64,000 bases of DNA from Phoronis australis. Taxonomy: Eukaryota > Animalia > Phoronida. A program made the position numbers and the translations under genes. Position 1 is the stretch's first letter. Every line of letters begins with the position of its first letter. Below are positions 35,031 to 47,665 of this stretch, in pieces. The notes beneath the pieces were generated by a model. The model saw nothing but the letters and a program-made list of their open reading frames with translations, searched no databases and had not been told where the DNA came from. The stretch covers positions 660,010-724,009 of the forward strand of contig NMRA01000105.1 of assembly GCA_002633005.1 (NCBI GenBank), read 5' to 3'.

Positions 35031-37947
35031 TCGTATTCGCCCCAATAAGCGCCCACGGCGCTTAGATAACTTCCCTTCAGGAAGGGGGGGGGCACTTATT
35101 ATAGCCCAAAGTGGTTGAAATCTGCTCTCCGAAACAGGTGAAATCGTAAGCTACAAATCAAATTTACACTCTGTGACATATCTGTAACCTATGGAAGAGT
35201 TTCTACACAATTGCCGTGCATTACTTTCCAACTTTGTTGTTAAATTACGAGCACTTATCAGAAAATCCCAGTGCGAAAGCTCGCCGACTGATGCATCGCT
35301 GCCTCGCGATCACCAATAGGTCAACTTGAATTTTTGAGTAAAAAATAGTTTCGAATCAACAAATTACCTGAAATCGCCCTTAAGTTTTCCAAATAGCCTC
35401 CTTGTGGAGTTGGGATTAACAGCATATTAAGTCCAAATGTGCACTAGATCGTACTCCGCAACACAAGAAAATCTGTAGGCAAACACACATGTTGTTGTCA
35501 GTGATGTTTGTTTGAAGTTCGTCTGCATGCGTGTCATCAGAGTTCACTTGCCAGATTAAACGCGATGTAACAACCTAGGTGGGCATTGTAACTAAAGAAA
35601 TTAACTCAAGCAGTAAAGCAGAACATGTTTTGTTTAGCACTTGTTGATCTCATCTGCTAAAAAACGTTCGACAATTGTCTCGGTAAGGCTGATATTGAGT
35701 CGCCAGGTAACTGGATGCGTGACAGTCTAACAGTTATTTTTCGGGAGATTCGGGGGGTGTTCCCTATTAGTGGGTCATTTTGACTTTAAAAACACCAGTT
35801 ACGATTAATTTAATAATTCCCCCTAAAAATAACCCAAACGTTTTTTTACGGTATTAGAAACTTTCAGAAATAAGTGCAGGTATTATTTCTTGCCGATGCT
35901 ATGCTACCCGTTTCATGAATAGATAGTTCCCGAAGACTAATCTTTGATGACAGGTACTTGTATGCAGCGCGCGCTTCTTGGCCACATGGTTTTAACAAAA
36001 GGTCAAGTTAAAAGGTCAAGTTTTTTCGCGGTTTGCACGTATACAAAGAAATTTGAATTCCTGTTGAGGGAGAACACGGGTGAGAAACGGGATCGCCGGT
36101 CCTCTTAAATCGGACCGACTCACCCAAAACAGGACCTCCGGGGATCAAATGGGACCGTCGCACCAGAAAATGGGACTGACGCACCTAAAAACACGACCGC
36201 CCCACCAGAAAACAGGACTGCCGGGGACTGAACATGACTGCCGGGGATTGAAACCGCAATGACAAACAAGCTAAGGTTTATTATCGGTAGGCCAACACAG
36301 ATCATACAATGGAGCTATATACGTATGCATATGCAGGTCTTGTGCCAATTAATACAACGAAATCTTTTGTGCGCTATAGGACACTTCGTTTTGTAACACG
36401 CGGCGCTTTTGAGTTTAACCACAAACCACGTAGCACGCTTTTGAGCTAAATAATTATAACTTTATCCACTGTGTAAGTTTTAGAACAAAATGAAAATCGT
36501 TTTCTCCAATGTGACGTTTTAGTCAAGAAAAAAGGGCGTTCTGGTTCTCGGGTCAAGCATCATAACTAGCCTTTGTGTGACAAAGCAGATACTAAATATA
36601 CAGCTTGGCGCCGATGTGGGTAAAACACTGCATATATAAAATCTTCATCGAATTAGTGTTATTAACGACACTCTTCCTAGAGTAAACTAAATTATTTATC
36701 AGCCCTCGCCGGGAAAATGTGTTGTTCTGTCGTTATTCTGCTGCTAAAATTGAGATGCGTTTTTTAGGTCGGCTTACATTGACCAGTTCCTTTTTTCACC
36801 GATTCTTCAGTCAGCTCTTCTTCTCTTCTACGAGGATGCGTACATGGCACAACAAAGTATCGGAACTGGTTTCATTTCGTCATAAGTTTTTAGTATTTTA
36901 ATACCAGCAAACCGAATTTCAGAGCAAATCGGTGCTGCTGAGAAGTTGAGTCATCATCTTCCGAAAGACTATTGCAAAATTTTAGGAAATGGCGCGTGCT
37001 CATGTCACAAGCGCGACAAACTTTTGTTACAATAGGCAAACAAATGATGCTTATTAGATTGTTTTTCACTCAAGCGGCTGCAACCTGCAAGGTGAGTGTT
37101 GATTGACTCCTAGATTTTGCATGCGCCTGCTCCGCTCGCTAGCTCTACATAAGTTTCACGTGACGAGGTGACGGGCTGTAGGAAATTTCGGGTATGTAAC
37201 GGAGCTCAATAACGCAGTGCTACCAAGTTTTATTTTGGCGAGTCTTTTCACAGCTAGCTGACCAGTTACGTCATAACCCGCAGTATCATACAAAGGCCTT
37301 GATAACTACATTTTGTCCGGTGGTCATGTATGGTCCCCGGCGGTCCTGTTTTGTGGTGGGGCGGTCATGTTTTTAGGTGTGTCGGTCCCATTTTCTGGAG
37401 CGGCGGTCCCATTTGATCCCCGGAGGTCCTGTTTTGGGTGAGTCAGTCTAATAGAGGACTGGAGGTCATGTCGTTTCTCACTCGTGGAGAAAATCTGTAC
37501 GGAAAGATACAATACAATCCCATTGACAAGTATACACCGCATTTGTTCTGAAAGACCAGACCATAATAGGACACATCCCTCTTTTTGCAGCACGGCGTAA
37601 GTGTGTCTGTACTGAAAGGTCAGACCATAGTAGGACACGGTCGTCGCGAGAGTAGCAACGCTGTTGCGTTCTTTTTGAAGCGCTGCGTTACTTTGAAGTG
37701 TATAGTCACCGCTAAATATCGAAATAGCGGCGAGGCTCGTGGTCTACAAATTCCGCGCACAATGATTTTTTCAGGACTGTCGGATCTTATTGATAAATTG
37801 GAAATGTTACTGTAGAATTTTAGAACTGTCGGTAGGGCATTTTTCCCATGTATGGCAGCGTTCATGGACTGAGCGCTTATTTTAGTAAAGTCTAAAAACG
37901 GGTAGGGTCTCTTATCAGAACATGGGCGCTTATTAGGCCGAATACAG
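35031..37947 (+). mobile_element. Non-autonomous pogo/Tc1-type element (2.9 kb including a nested insert)
   Basis: TA-tcgtattcgccccaataagcgccca ... tgggcgcttattaggccgaatacag-TA; second partial copy at 5190-6194. Confidence 0.88.
36075..37486. mobile_element. Nested DNA transposon with CAC termini, ~170-bp TIRs and a 5-bp TSD
   Basis: cacgggtgagaaac ... gtttctcactcgtg; GAGAA at 36070-36074 and 37487-37491; TIRs built of ~21-22-bp AAAAYRGGACCGCC-like subrepeats. Confidence 0.88.
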
Positions 37948-40020
37948 TATTGCGAATTCAGAAAATGATTTTTCCTAAACACGGGGTAAAACGCAAGCAT
38001 CAGACATCTAAAAATAAAATTCTTTTCCAATAAAATCAAAATTAGTTCAGAGAATGCATTACTCACTCAGTAGAAAATTCATTCGGGGATTAGGATCCGT
38101 AACATTTCATCACAGAGAAATCTAAAAGCACCCAATAGTTTCAGCCTCCTGAACAGAGAAAACTCATGTAATTCCGCTGTTAACACATAACCGGGCAATT
38201 AACACTAGAGAAGCTGATTATTTCCTGAAATCTCTTTGTGCAAAAGCAGACTAGATGATGGATATGGTATTATTAATCATCCAGGTGAATACTAAATAGA
38301 TGAAAAAAATTAAAAGTCACGACAGCGCGACTTAGTATAAAAAATTCCCGAAGCTAATGGGCCACCTGGCTCCTTCTGCGGGGGGACTGATGATAGTTTG
38401 TGTCCCAGGAAAATTTCGTCACCCTCTGCCAGTGTTCACAGACAACACCTCACGAGTCAGATAGTATAAACCTGTCATCTCCGTGTCTATTCAGAAAGGG
38501 GCTCCCTGATCTGAGACTATTTTATAGTAAGTCCGGTAGTCACGATCTATAATTTTTGGCATATCCATTTATGAACATTATTTCCACTTTTTCACAAATA
38601 ACAATTTTATTCTTTTAGGTGATTGTCCTAAATTTTCAACCCACAAAATTAAAAGTATAAATTTTCTGATCATCATAACTGAAAATCTGAATCCATGCTT
38701 CAAAACGTCTCATAAGGGTTTAATCATGTGTCCATTATGTTAGGTGAAATTTGTCATTTTTTGCTTTGAACACAAGTTTTTAAAAAACCTGAACTGTAAG
38801 AAACTTTGTGTCTTAATCTTATCTTCTTAAGAGTCCTTGTGCTGGAAAGCACAGATCAGTTTATTACTAACCTTCAAATAATGGACAGTACCAGTCATCA
38901 AAAGTCCCTTGCAAAACAATGTCCAAAGTCATCATTTTTGATGGCCGATATCTGCTTTGTGTTAAAGAGAAGCAAAAATATGCGATACCGTTTCCCCAGG
39001 ACAACACAGTCATAAAACTGAGATCTCAACTTGTCCACACTCATAAATGACTTCTGGGCAGGGGGATCTGGTCTAACACTTTCCCATCACTTAAGGCCAT
39101 GATTGGCGCTAAAAATATTCAGCCAGGTAGTTCCAACTTACCACACCTGGTCTCTTAACTACTGTAAGTCACAACAAACTGCCAAATTGTTCTCAAGTGC
39201 AAAAAAACTTATTGCTTTTCTCAGTACCAAGCAAAAAGTCCAGAAACGCGGTCAGTCGACCCAAGGTCAGTATTACCTTACACTTGCGAAGAGAATTTTA
39301 TCCTTATATTCATCAATTCTGTCCCATAGTTCAACAATCCAACAACACCGACCAAACAGTTCCGTAGCCGTCAGTTTTATAGGTTATGTTAATGTAAAGT
39401 TTTGAGCATACTCGTCAAACATAGCCTTTCCCTTGCATGATCAAACATATGTCCCTTAGGCTATGAAAACATCCACATCGAGCAGGCAACATAATACACA
39501 GATAATCCAACAACCTCTTTCTCACTGAGTCAATAGATTCGTTTCACTATTTTGTGCCATCCCTTGAAACTTTGCTATTTCAAATAGTCACAAAAAGGAG
39601 CTTTCATGAGAAATTCACTACCGGACATCAGGTTGAAATTAACAGTACAGAAAAGCTGACGATCATATGAATGGGCCAAAGTAACAATCCAACATACAAT
39701 TCTTCATCAGAGCTCCTCAGGTGAAAACAAAAATGGCTAGGAGTCGAGATATCTCCAATAGTGATCTCTCAACCACTTGGTGAGTTTGTAAAAAGAAAAC
39801 AACAAGTCAAGTGGACAAATGCATGGAGTCTCATGAACTGGCCAGACAGATAAACAACTTATAATCTGGATTCAAAAGTCTACAATTTGAGTAGAAGCAC
39901 ATACACCTCATAGGTGCACAGGACAAGGAAGTCAAAGCCATACAATTATCACAACCCTTTTCTCAAATGAAACTTGGGTTACATAACACTGTCTAGTTTT
40001 ATGATGGTTAGTGGCCTAAA

Positions 40021-40521
40021 GGCACTTTCCCATAACTTTGCTACAAGGGAAGCTTCAATGTTAACTGTGGTTAATCCCGAAGTTAGGCATGAGTGTTCAC
40101 ATCAACTTCGGAGTCATAATTCAATGAAGCCTTCACAAGGCGGCACTAACATGATCTTCACATTCGCAATGTACTCTCAAACGTTCAGATTTTCAATTTT
40201 TTTAAGGAAAGGAACCAGCAAACACGGGGAAAAACTGAAACAGAATGCTTATACTGCCAAAATGAAAAATATTGAAACAAAATATTCACAAATACAACCA
40301 GTTACTGCCCGCTGTTGGTGAACACAGTAACACATGCCGATAACTCCGATGGCATCGAAGTTAAGTGTTCTTATACCGAAGAGTCGATGATTCACTGTCA
40401 AATCCACCTCTTAACTTCGGAGTTAACAAGCAATGTTAACTTTGATAAAAGACCAAAGTTAAATGTTCCCCCTTACCGAAGATTTGGTAATACCAAAGCT
40501 TCGGAGGTAGTGGGAAAGACC
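40021..40521. mobile_element. Harbinger-like MITE with CGAAG/CTTCG motifs
   Basis: ggcactttcccataac ... gtagtgggaaagacc termini. Internal motifs resemble the 3123-3677 family (tttcccactta-ccgaaacttcgg). Confidence 0.5.
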
Positions 40522-41211
40522 TTCAAATCAGAAGCAGTATTTTACAGAAAGGTGATCCTTTAGCACTGCTCACAACTTGACAGCGACCTGAGATCATGTC
40601 AGACAATGACTCTACTGGATTACTTCCACTCCTTCACATGGTCAAGACATCTCATTGGTTTGTAAGTCAGACGTCGTCATTAACAATCAGTCAGATGTCT
40701 TAGCTGGCTGACCCAACTTAACTGCCAGTGAGAACCAAGTGCATCTAGTGGCTACATGATATCTTTTGACAGTTTGCCAAGGTCATCTTTGGTCAAAAAA
40801 TGGGTCATAACTCAGTGGGCACAACATATTTTCTTCTAAATTACATTCCTTATCATATCCCATATTATTTTATTGTAAAGTTTGTTCATTGTTGTAAATC
40901 ACCCATTTACCTGTATTAACCCAGTTAAAGTTGTATGTGTATTTATGCTAAGCACTTAAATATGCAATTTGTGTGCTTTCAAACCAAAACATGTGAAATT
41001 GCTTATCTGAACCACCACCTTTTCATTTTCTCGGTCAACATTCAAAACACCTGTCAATATTTATGAAGGAATAATTGACTTTACATGGCAAATAATCAAT
41101 TTGGTTAAAATCAAATTGGCAATAGCAACAATAAGGAACTAAAATTTGACACGAATCCAGCAAAGTTTGGCTATAAAGCAGAAAAAAGTTTCTCAGTAAA
41201 ATACGAGAGAG

Positions 41212-41289
41212 CTGTTTTTAAATCTAAGATTAAAGGACCTCAAGACGTTAAAAGGTCTTAAGGTCCCTTAATCTTCTTAGATTTGACAG
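41212..41289. repeat. Short fold-back
   Basis: aaatctaagattaaaggacctcaagac / gtcttaaggtcccttaatcttcttagattt. Confidence 0.6.
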
Positions 41290-44269
41290 TTTTGACTTTT
41301 CTTTAGTCTATTTGGTTTTATTTTTGATTAAAAATGCAACTGACCTATAGATCTACTTATTTTTCACCAAGTGTTACACATAGGGATTTCCCCAGAGGCA
41401 CTCTGTATTCTCTTCTTGCAATTATCTGAAGATTGACAAGTAAGTGCGATATCCTGAACCATCCTAATCCTTGGAGTAAAACAAGTTAAGTATTAACTGC
41501 TTCACCGTCCTGTTTTTGATAGATTACATGGCAAGCAGAATCTTTCAATTCCGTTTGTGGTCAAAATTGACTTGACAGAAAATTTTTTTAAAAATGAGAG
41601 CAAAAAATCACAAGCAAGTCTCTGTGATGCCCAACTTTCAACAGAACCAAAGCACGAGATTGCAAGTTGATGCACCAATTAATCCTTCAAATTTGTCAAC
41701 CATTCAACAATATCCAATCGCACTTCCCTATATCTACTTTTTAACTTCCGATGTGTCACCCGCATTCAAAACCATGTGACGATATTCGCTGGACAAATTC
41801 CTAAATCATATCCCGTGTTTACAGCATGAAACGGGGACAAGTGGGTTTCCATTGGCTGAGAAAACATTTTGAACACTGAACTTTCATTGGCTAAAATATG
41901 GCCCATACTCATATACATTAGTACTCATTAGCCAAAATTTGAAAGAATTTGTATGTCATGCAATTGTGCATCAAATGGCAAAAAAGATAACGGTTGACAC
42001 AGTTTCTTAGCTGTCAGATCTGATCATGTTCTCATTTTCGCTGCTATGAGAAAGTGTGCATTTTCCGTTCTCTTCATCCTTTTGCATAAACTATCTTAAA
42101 ATAAACAACCAGGTATTTGGCAGTAAACCGCAATACATACTACCCATTCCAGGAAGGTCACTAGAGTCTTTCAAGTTGATTCGGACAATGAACTGCCGAT
42201 AAACTCCTCCTATTGATCAACCATACTAGCCGGTCACAATTTTTTTAAAAGAAAAAGACAAAAAAATCCATTGATCGTGAACATGAAAATATGGAATCTT
42301 GTGCAACAGGTCTTTTGATTTGCTGCACAAAAACACTAGGTTTAAAGAAAACTTTTCGCATAACAATGCTATAACTCATTTGCGTAATCGCCATATCTGT
42401 TGCACAGTTTTCCTCGTCTCTTTGCAAATGGTCAACCGATTTTCAAAACATTTGCGTTAACGAGTCGACAAAGCCTAGAACAAACACATGCCAGTGTTTT
42501 TCCATTAATTTTTTTCAAATATTTATCTACTTTTAAAGTTTGGAGAATTACCGCCACTTGCTTTTAAAATGCCATGGAACAGTTCTAAAAACAAAAACAA
42601 AGACAAGCATTCTATACATCAGTATTCAACATGTATAATCAAAAAACTTTAATAGCTGTTTTAAATTTATACTGCCAAAAAATGAAAAGGCAGATTTTAG
42701 AGCACCTGGAGTTCAGCGCACTATACAAAACACAAAACGGATCTTTTGACCTTAACTACGAATCAATAATTAGAATTTAAAAGCAACAAATGAAGACAAC
42801 TGTGTAAAAAACGGGCACAAATGTAAAATTGCAAATACTGAGTGCCATAGCATACCAAACACAGACAACCTACCTTCTTTAAAAACGAAATGTGTGACAC
42901 GCAAGTCTTCTTGCTAATTGGGGCCAGATATGTGAATGTGATGCATAATGCTAGTTGATAACATGCCATAAAGGGAAGTAAATGAAATCAAGAATTAAGT
43001 AATCAAACGTTCCAGGAGCCATTAAAAACTCAGCGATTAACTAACGAATCACATAGTAAAAATTGGTTTTGCATATTCCAATCTTAAGAAATGGTTGGTG
43101 TTCAAATTATGCGAGTTTGATGGCTGATTTCTGAAATAACGATAATATAAGGAAATACGCACTGCCGTAAGATGGTTACAAAGTATTAGGTGGAGAGCAT
43201 TCAGCGTTAGTTCATAGTTCATCTTTGCAATGGACTGAGAATAACGCAACAGGATTTCCCAATACTTTCTTATTCATGTCGTCAAATTACATTCTCAGGG
43301 CTTGGAATGACCCGTGACAAAAAAGAGGAAATCTTTACGGCCTCAAATACACATTTCAATCTAAACCATACCTCAACAGATAGAAAGTAAACATTATTAT
43401 CACAAGATGCCCTGTTACTGTGTTGTGTCGGCAAAACGAACTCATCTTAAGCAGTACCTGATATCTATTTCAGCAACAACAATGAAGGTAATTAGATGCA
43501 ACAAAAGATATTTTTTAAAATTAAAAGGATAAAGATAATGATGAAAAATTTTCAGTGTGAGTGGCAGGAGCTTATTCTTGATTTGCTGCAGGGAGAGCTA
43601 CAAAATTATTTTTAATTCTTATAATTACGATACAAAAAAAATTGAAAATCGATCCATAAATTATCTACAAAGCCTGAAATACATACACTTTTAATTCCAG
43701 CAAACAAGTTAATTCCAATGCAAATGGAAAAAGTCAAGGCGAAAACCTGTGGCTTATCCCAAAAGTTACCATGGGAAAATGAAAGTAAAAAACAACATAC
43801 TTTAAACTATAGAATGTATCAATCACAATCCTAAGTTGGCCAAACTTTTCAGTTTCAAACAGTAATTACAGGAGTTAATTGTTCATATTATTGCTATTGG
43901 TGTAGAAGAAACTATGTGACAAGAAATAACTACCAGGACACTGAAAATAGGCTGGCAGAATTTGTAAACAATGGCTTAGACCAATCAGATCATTTAGAAT
44001 CTGTCACGTGATCACTTCTCTCGAACTGCAAAACTCCAGTCACAAAATAGAACACGAAAAATGTCAAAATAAATTGAAGAAGGCAATTCAAAACATATTT
44101 GCAGCAACAAACATAGCATTTTGTATCCCGTTTCAGTGGCACGTAGAAAATTACTCAGGCGGTCAGGCCTAGCACTAGCAACCAACGGCAACGGCGTGTA
44201 TACGGGATCAAACAAAAGAATTTCATACATCACTCACATCCCACGACTTCAATCCAAGGAATAACCGGT

Positions 44270-44347
44270 TACCAACCTCAGTACTGGATCGAACCTACAA
44301 CCTGGCAGTCGCAACCCAATGCTATGCTGGAATGAGCTAAATCTCAC
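44270..44347 (-). mobile_element. tRNA-derived SINE head or tRNA pseudogene
   Basis: Minus strand: A-box-like TAGCTCATTCCAG, then ...ccaggttgta-GGTTCGATCC (B box at 44286-44295). The cloverleaf is imperfect. Confidence 0.55.
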
Positions 44348-45934
44348 TCAGTATATTCCAGAGTTTCTTAAGCGTACTTAACTGGTGAAGCATCGAGCCT
44401 TAATTTCTATAAATGTCTGGTAGACAACGGCGATAATTGGCGATTTGTAATCAAACCACAAAAACATCAAATTTTGTTGTTTTATAACTGTGGTCAATAA
44501 GCTAATAACTTCAAGAAGTCTATCCTATCCAGCAATAATCCCCAAAATGCGTTGTTCTGCCGTAAAAACGATATCGCTTTCACTTACCCTCAAAACTGAC
44601 GTTCATCTGGCACAAACGTGAAGAAGGAAGTAATTACCAACTATGCATATCACACTTTGTTAGAACGGTCAAACAACTTCATCAAAAGCGTGTAATACAG
44701 GTATCTATCTTACTTTATGCAATAACGTTATTTAACTACCAATTGTACGAAGTTGACATCAGCTTTAATAATGTATTGCATTAACAGTATCTTGAAGATG
44801 CCTTATAAATTTGAAATGAGGATCATCCTTCGAAGAAATTCACCAAAGAACATGGAACTGAGTCTCACCTGTTTGTCAGGATGACCTTGTCACTCAAGAC
44901 TTCAGCAGTTCTGTTTCAACTGGGAATAACATAAGAACGTCGTTCAAAGAACCAAGTCTACAATAGAATAATGTAAGCAAATTACACTCTGTTAGCTTTT
45001 GAGTAACTATAGAAACATGTCAAGATTTATCCAACTTAATTATGACTTATCTCAGAGATGGCTGGTTAAATTCAAATGACAATTTCGAATTCCTCAATTT
45101 ACTCTTCTTGAAAATGCTGACAAAAATTGTTTGAAATGGGTGCCATTGAAAATAATTGGGTTATAATTTTTATGGAAAAATAAAAAATTGTACAGATCAA
45201 AAGCAAATGAGTGTTTTTGAGATTTCATCTTGAATGGGGGTTGTGTTACGGAGACCCAAAAACTCACAAAAATGTAAAGTAAGGGCAAGATATCACCACC
45301 CCACTATAACCAAAGCACACGACCACATATACGCTTGTCTCATAAATGGCTTAAGTCTAAACAGTGCGGCTCAGACATCAAAAGAAATTTGGTCATGCAA
45401 TTGCTTTGATGTGAATGTACTGTTGGACAAGCCACTGAATCAATGAGCGACTGCTATTCATTTAAAGCTTTTTATTTGTCTTCATTTCTCCTATCACAAT
45501 ATACTGCACTTATCCAGGTAAATGCCCATGCTTGATTTAACGGCACCCCAAAAAATCATTTTTAACTGCTCGTATTCGGCTTAACACCCAAAAACCAATT
45601 TATACGACACAGAAGACTTCCTTGAATGTGTCCATGTCTTTGTGAACGCCCGTCTCCTCAGAATTTCAGCTCTCAAATGGTAGGAAATTCAGATAACTTT
45701 GAGAAAGTCCAGTTAGATTCCAATGAACTTTGCTTTACTACAATTCATTGATATTTTGTTTGATTCTTGCATGTGAAGTCTGACATCAAAGTAGCTCCCT
45801 AAAGCATTAAGCCAATCAGCTGCCTGTGTATGCCTCAATCGCCAACTTCGCCAAAATTTTATTTTCAAGCACCTAACAACTGATTATTGATTTCCCCAAT
45901 TTAAGTGTGCATGTTCAGGCAGACATAAAAAACT

Positions 45935-46050
45935 ACAAATGCCACTAGAGGGCGACACAGTAGATCTTCTGGAACTAAATGTTAGCCATGTACCCCTGAA
46001 CAGGAATACCTCTGCTAGCATTCATGATTCATCAAGCTGTTTAACAGAGA
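45935..46050 (-). repeat. Solitary diverged family A array subunit
   Basis: aaatgccactagagggcgacacagtag...gcattcatgattcatcaagctgtttaacagaga. Confidence 0.45.
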
Positions 46051-46779
46051 CTGGTAGATGGTAAAATGTATACAAAAATGAGAGCAACACATATTGCTGA
46101 TATGTACCCGCCGCTGTGGTCCATCGTAACGAAATTAAGAGTGTTCACTTCTTCAATTACTTCAAACAGTAGTCATCTCCAACCAGCTTTAGCTGCGCAA
46201 GTTCTGTTTATTAAGAAAACAATAGGAAAAATTTTATGAAGATCAAACCACTTAGTAGATATTACAGCAGACACAACGGCAGACACAACAATTTTGCAAC
46301 ATATATGAAAAAATATGAAGTTTTGATAAACACGACATTCTATTTGATTTTAATGGCCTTAATACATACACGCTCTAATTGGCAACAGGCAGACCTCGCG
46401 CCAGCTGTCACCTTGTCTCCAGTGCTGCAGAGACACTCTAAAAAAACTAGATCAGCAACGAAATGTCATGTGGCCTTCAAAGGTAAACAAGGCCGGGATT
46501 TGACTTTAAAATTGCTATAGCATACTGTGTGGCTGACCACAGTCTTAGTGTCAACTTCAACAACGCCGCAGTTTTAATACACTTCAGTCAGGGCGCTAAC
46601 AGAATACAATGTCCCCAGCAACAACCAAAAACTAAAAGGCGGTTCGAAATTTTTTAAAATGCGTCTTACCATTTTGAAATCAATTTGATGATTGTAAATT
46701 ACAGCTGGGCGTCTTGAGAAGTCTCAAAAGTCGAAGGCTGGTCCTTAACTCAGAGCAGTGGGTGGTTCATCCAAAATTT

Positions 46780-46840
46780 TTCAAAAGTTAGCAAGTGGAC
46801 GCTTACTTCACAGTGGGCATTAATGAGAATATTTACAGTA
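46780..46840 (-). mobile_element. Decayed pogo-type terminus
   Basis: gtgggcattaatgagaatatttacag-TA resembles the 29645 and 31332 termini; partner end not identified. Confidence 0.35.
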
Positions 46841-47570
46841 GTTGCTGTCCAATAGTAAGCAATTTATGGTTGTTCTTTAATATATAAAAAGAACTTTCGT
46901 GTATCAGGATCATGCTGCTCAAAAGTAAAAAAGGACAGGTCTTCTATTATCTAATTTCGAGAATAAATTCAGCTGTGTCCAGTCTCCAAACTAGCATCAG
47001 GTATGAGTCATCTGTCAGAAATGACCATTTGGATAAAAATTGTTTCTGCAGAACACCGGCACAATTTAACCCAGCTTCAAGACATGAAACTTGAACCTGA
47101 TCAACTCAAATTGCTCTGAAGTTGCCACATTGCACAAGAGCAGTTTCCTTCTACCAAATTGTACCACTACTTACGGAAAGAGCTTTGTCAGGGAAGTTGA
47201 TCACATAGGACAGTCCACACTTAACATCACCTGGTTAGGTGGTAATTTTTTTGCAGTGAGTGGCATACAGAAATATGTCAACTTCATGAAAAGACCCTTT
47301 TACAGTTTAAACGATTAGTCCTAATGCATTTTCCTAGTCCTCTAGTGGTCACTGGTATGCTGTCCCACGTGATCAGTGAACACATACCTACTTGAAAATC
47401 TATTGATGGTCAACTTGTAGGCCAAAAGAAGGGAGGAAGGTGCAACCAGGGGCACACCAATGAATTAAGCACAGGAACATGTCATCCAAAAGATTAGTAT
47501 ATCTAGAAAAAAGATAAATTAAAATAGATGCTGAAATGCCATGCAGTTATTGACGGGAATAGCGAAAAAA

Positions 47571-47665
47571 CCCTTGACAAAGAGTGCATCGCTCGAAACG
47601 TGGGGAATATTTTAATATATTTTAGTACTCACGCTCGTCACTTTACTTTTATTATTTTTACTATT
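47571..47665 (+). mobile_element. Penelope-type pLTR fragment with a hammerhead-like core
   Basis: ccc-TTGACAA-a-gagtg-cat-cgctc-GAAA-cgtgggg-aatattttaatatattttagtactcacgctcgt; same family as 10670-10755 (inverted). Confidence 0.6.

Noticed and set aside
6194-35031. Composite transposon carrying the GPCR between inverted pogo copies
   Set aside because: The matching TIRs face the gene, so the gene is outside both elements, and the 35-kb copy has its own TA-flanked ends.
36075-36135. RAG recombination signal sequences
   Set aside because: The heptamer only partly matches, and the nonamer-like acccaaaac is 40 nt away at both ends, with no asymmetry.
44270-44347. Functional tRNA gene
   Set aside because: D arm and acceptor stem are poorly paired; better treated as a SINE head or pseudogene.
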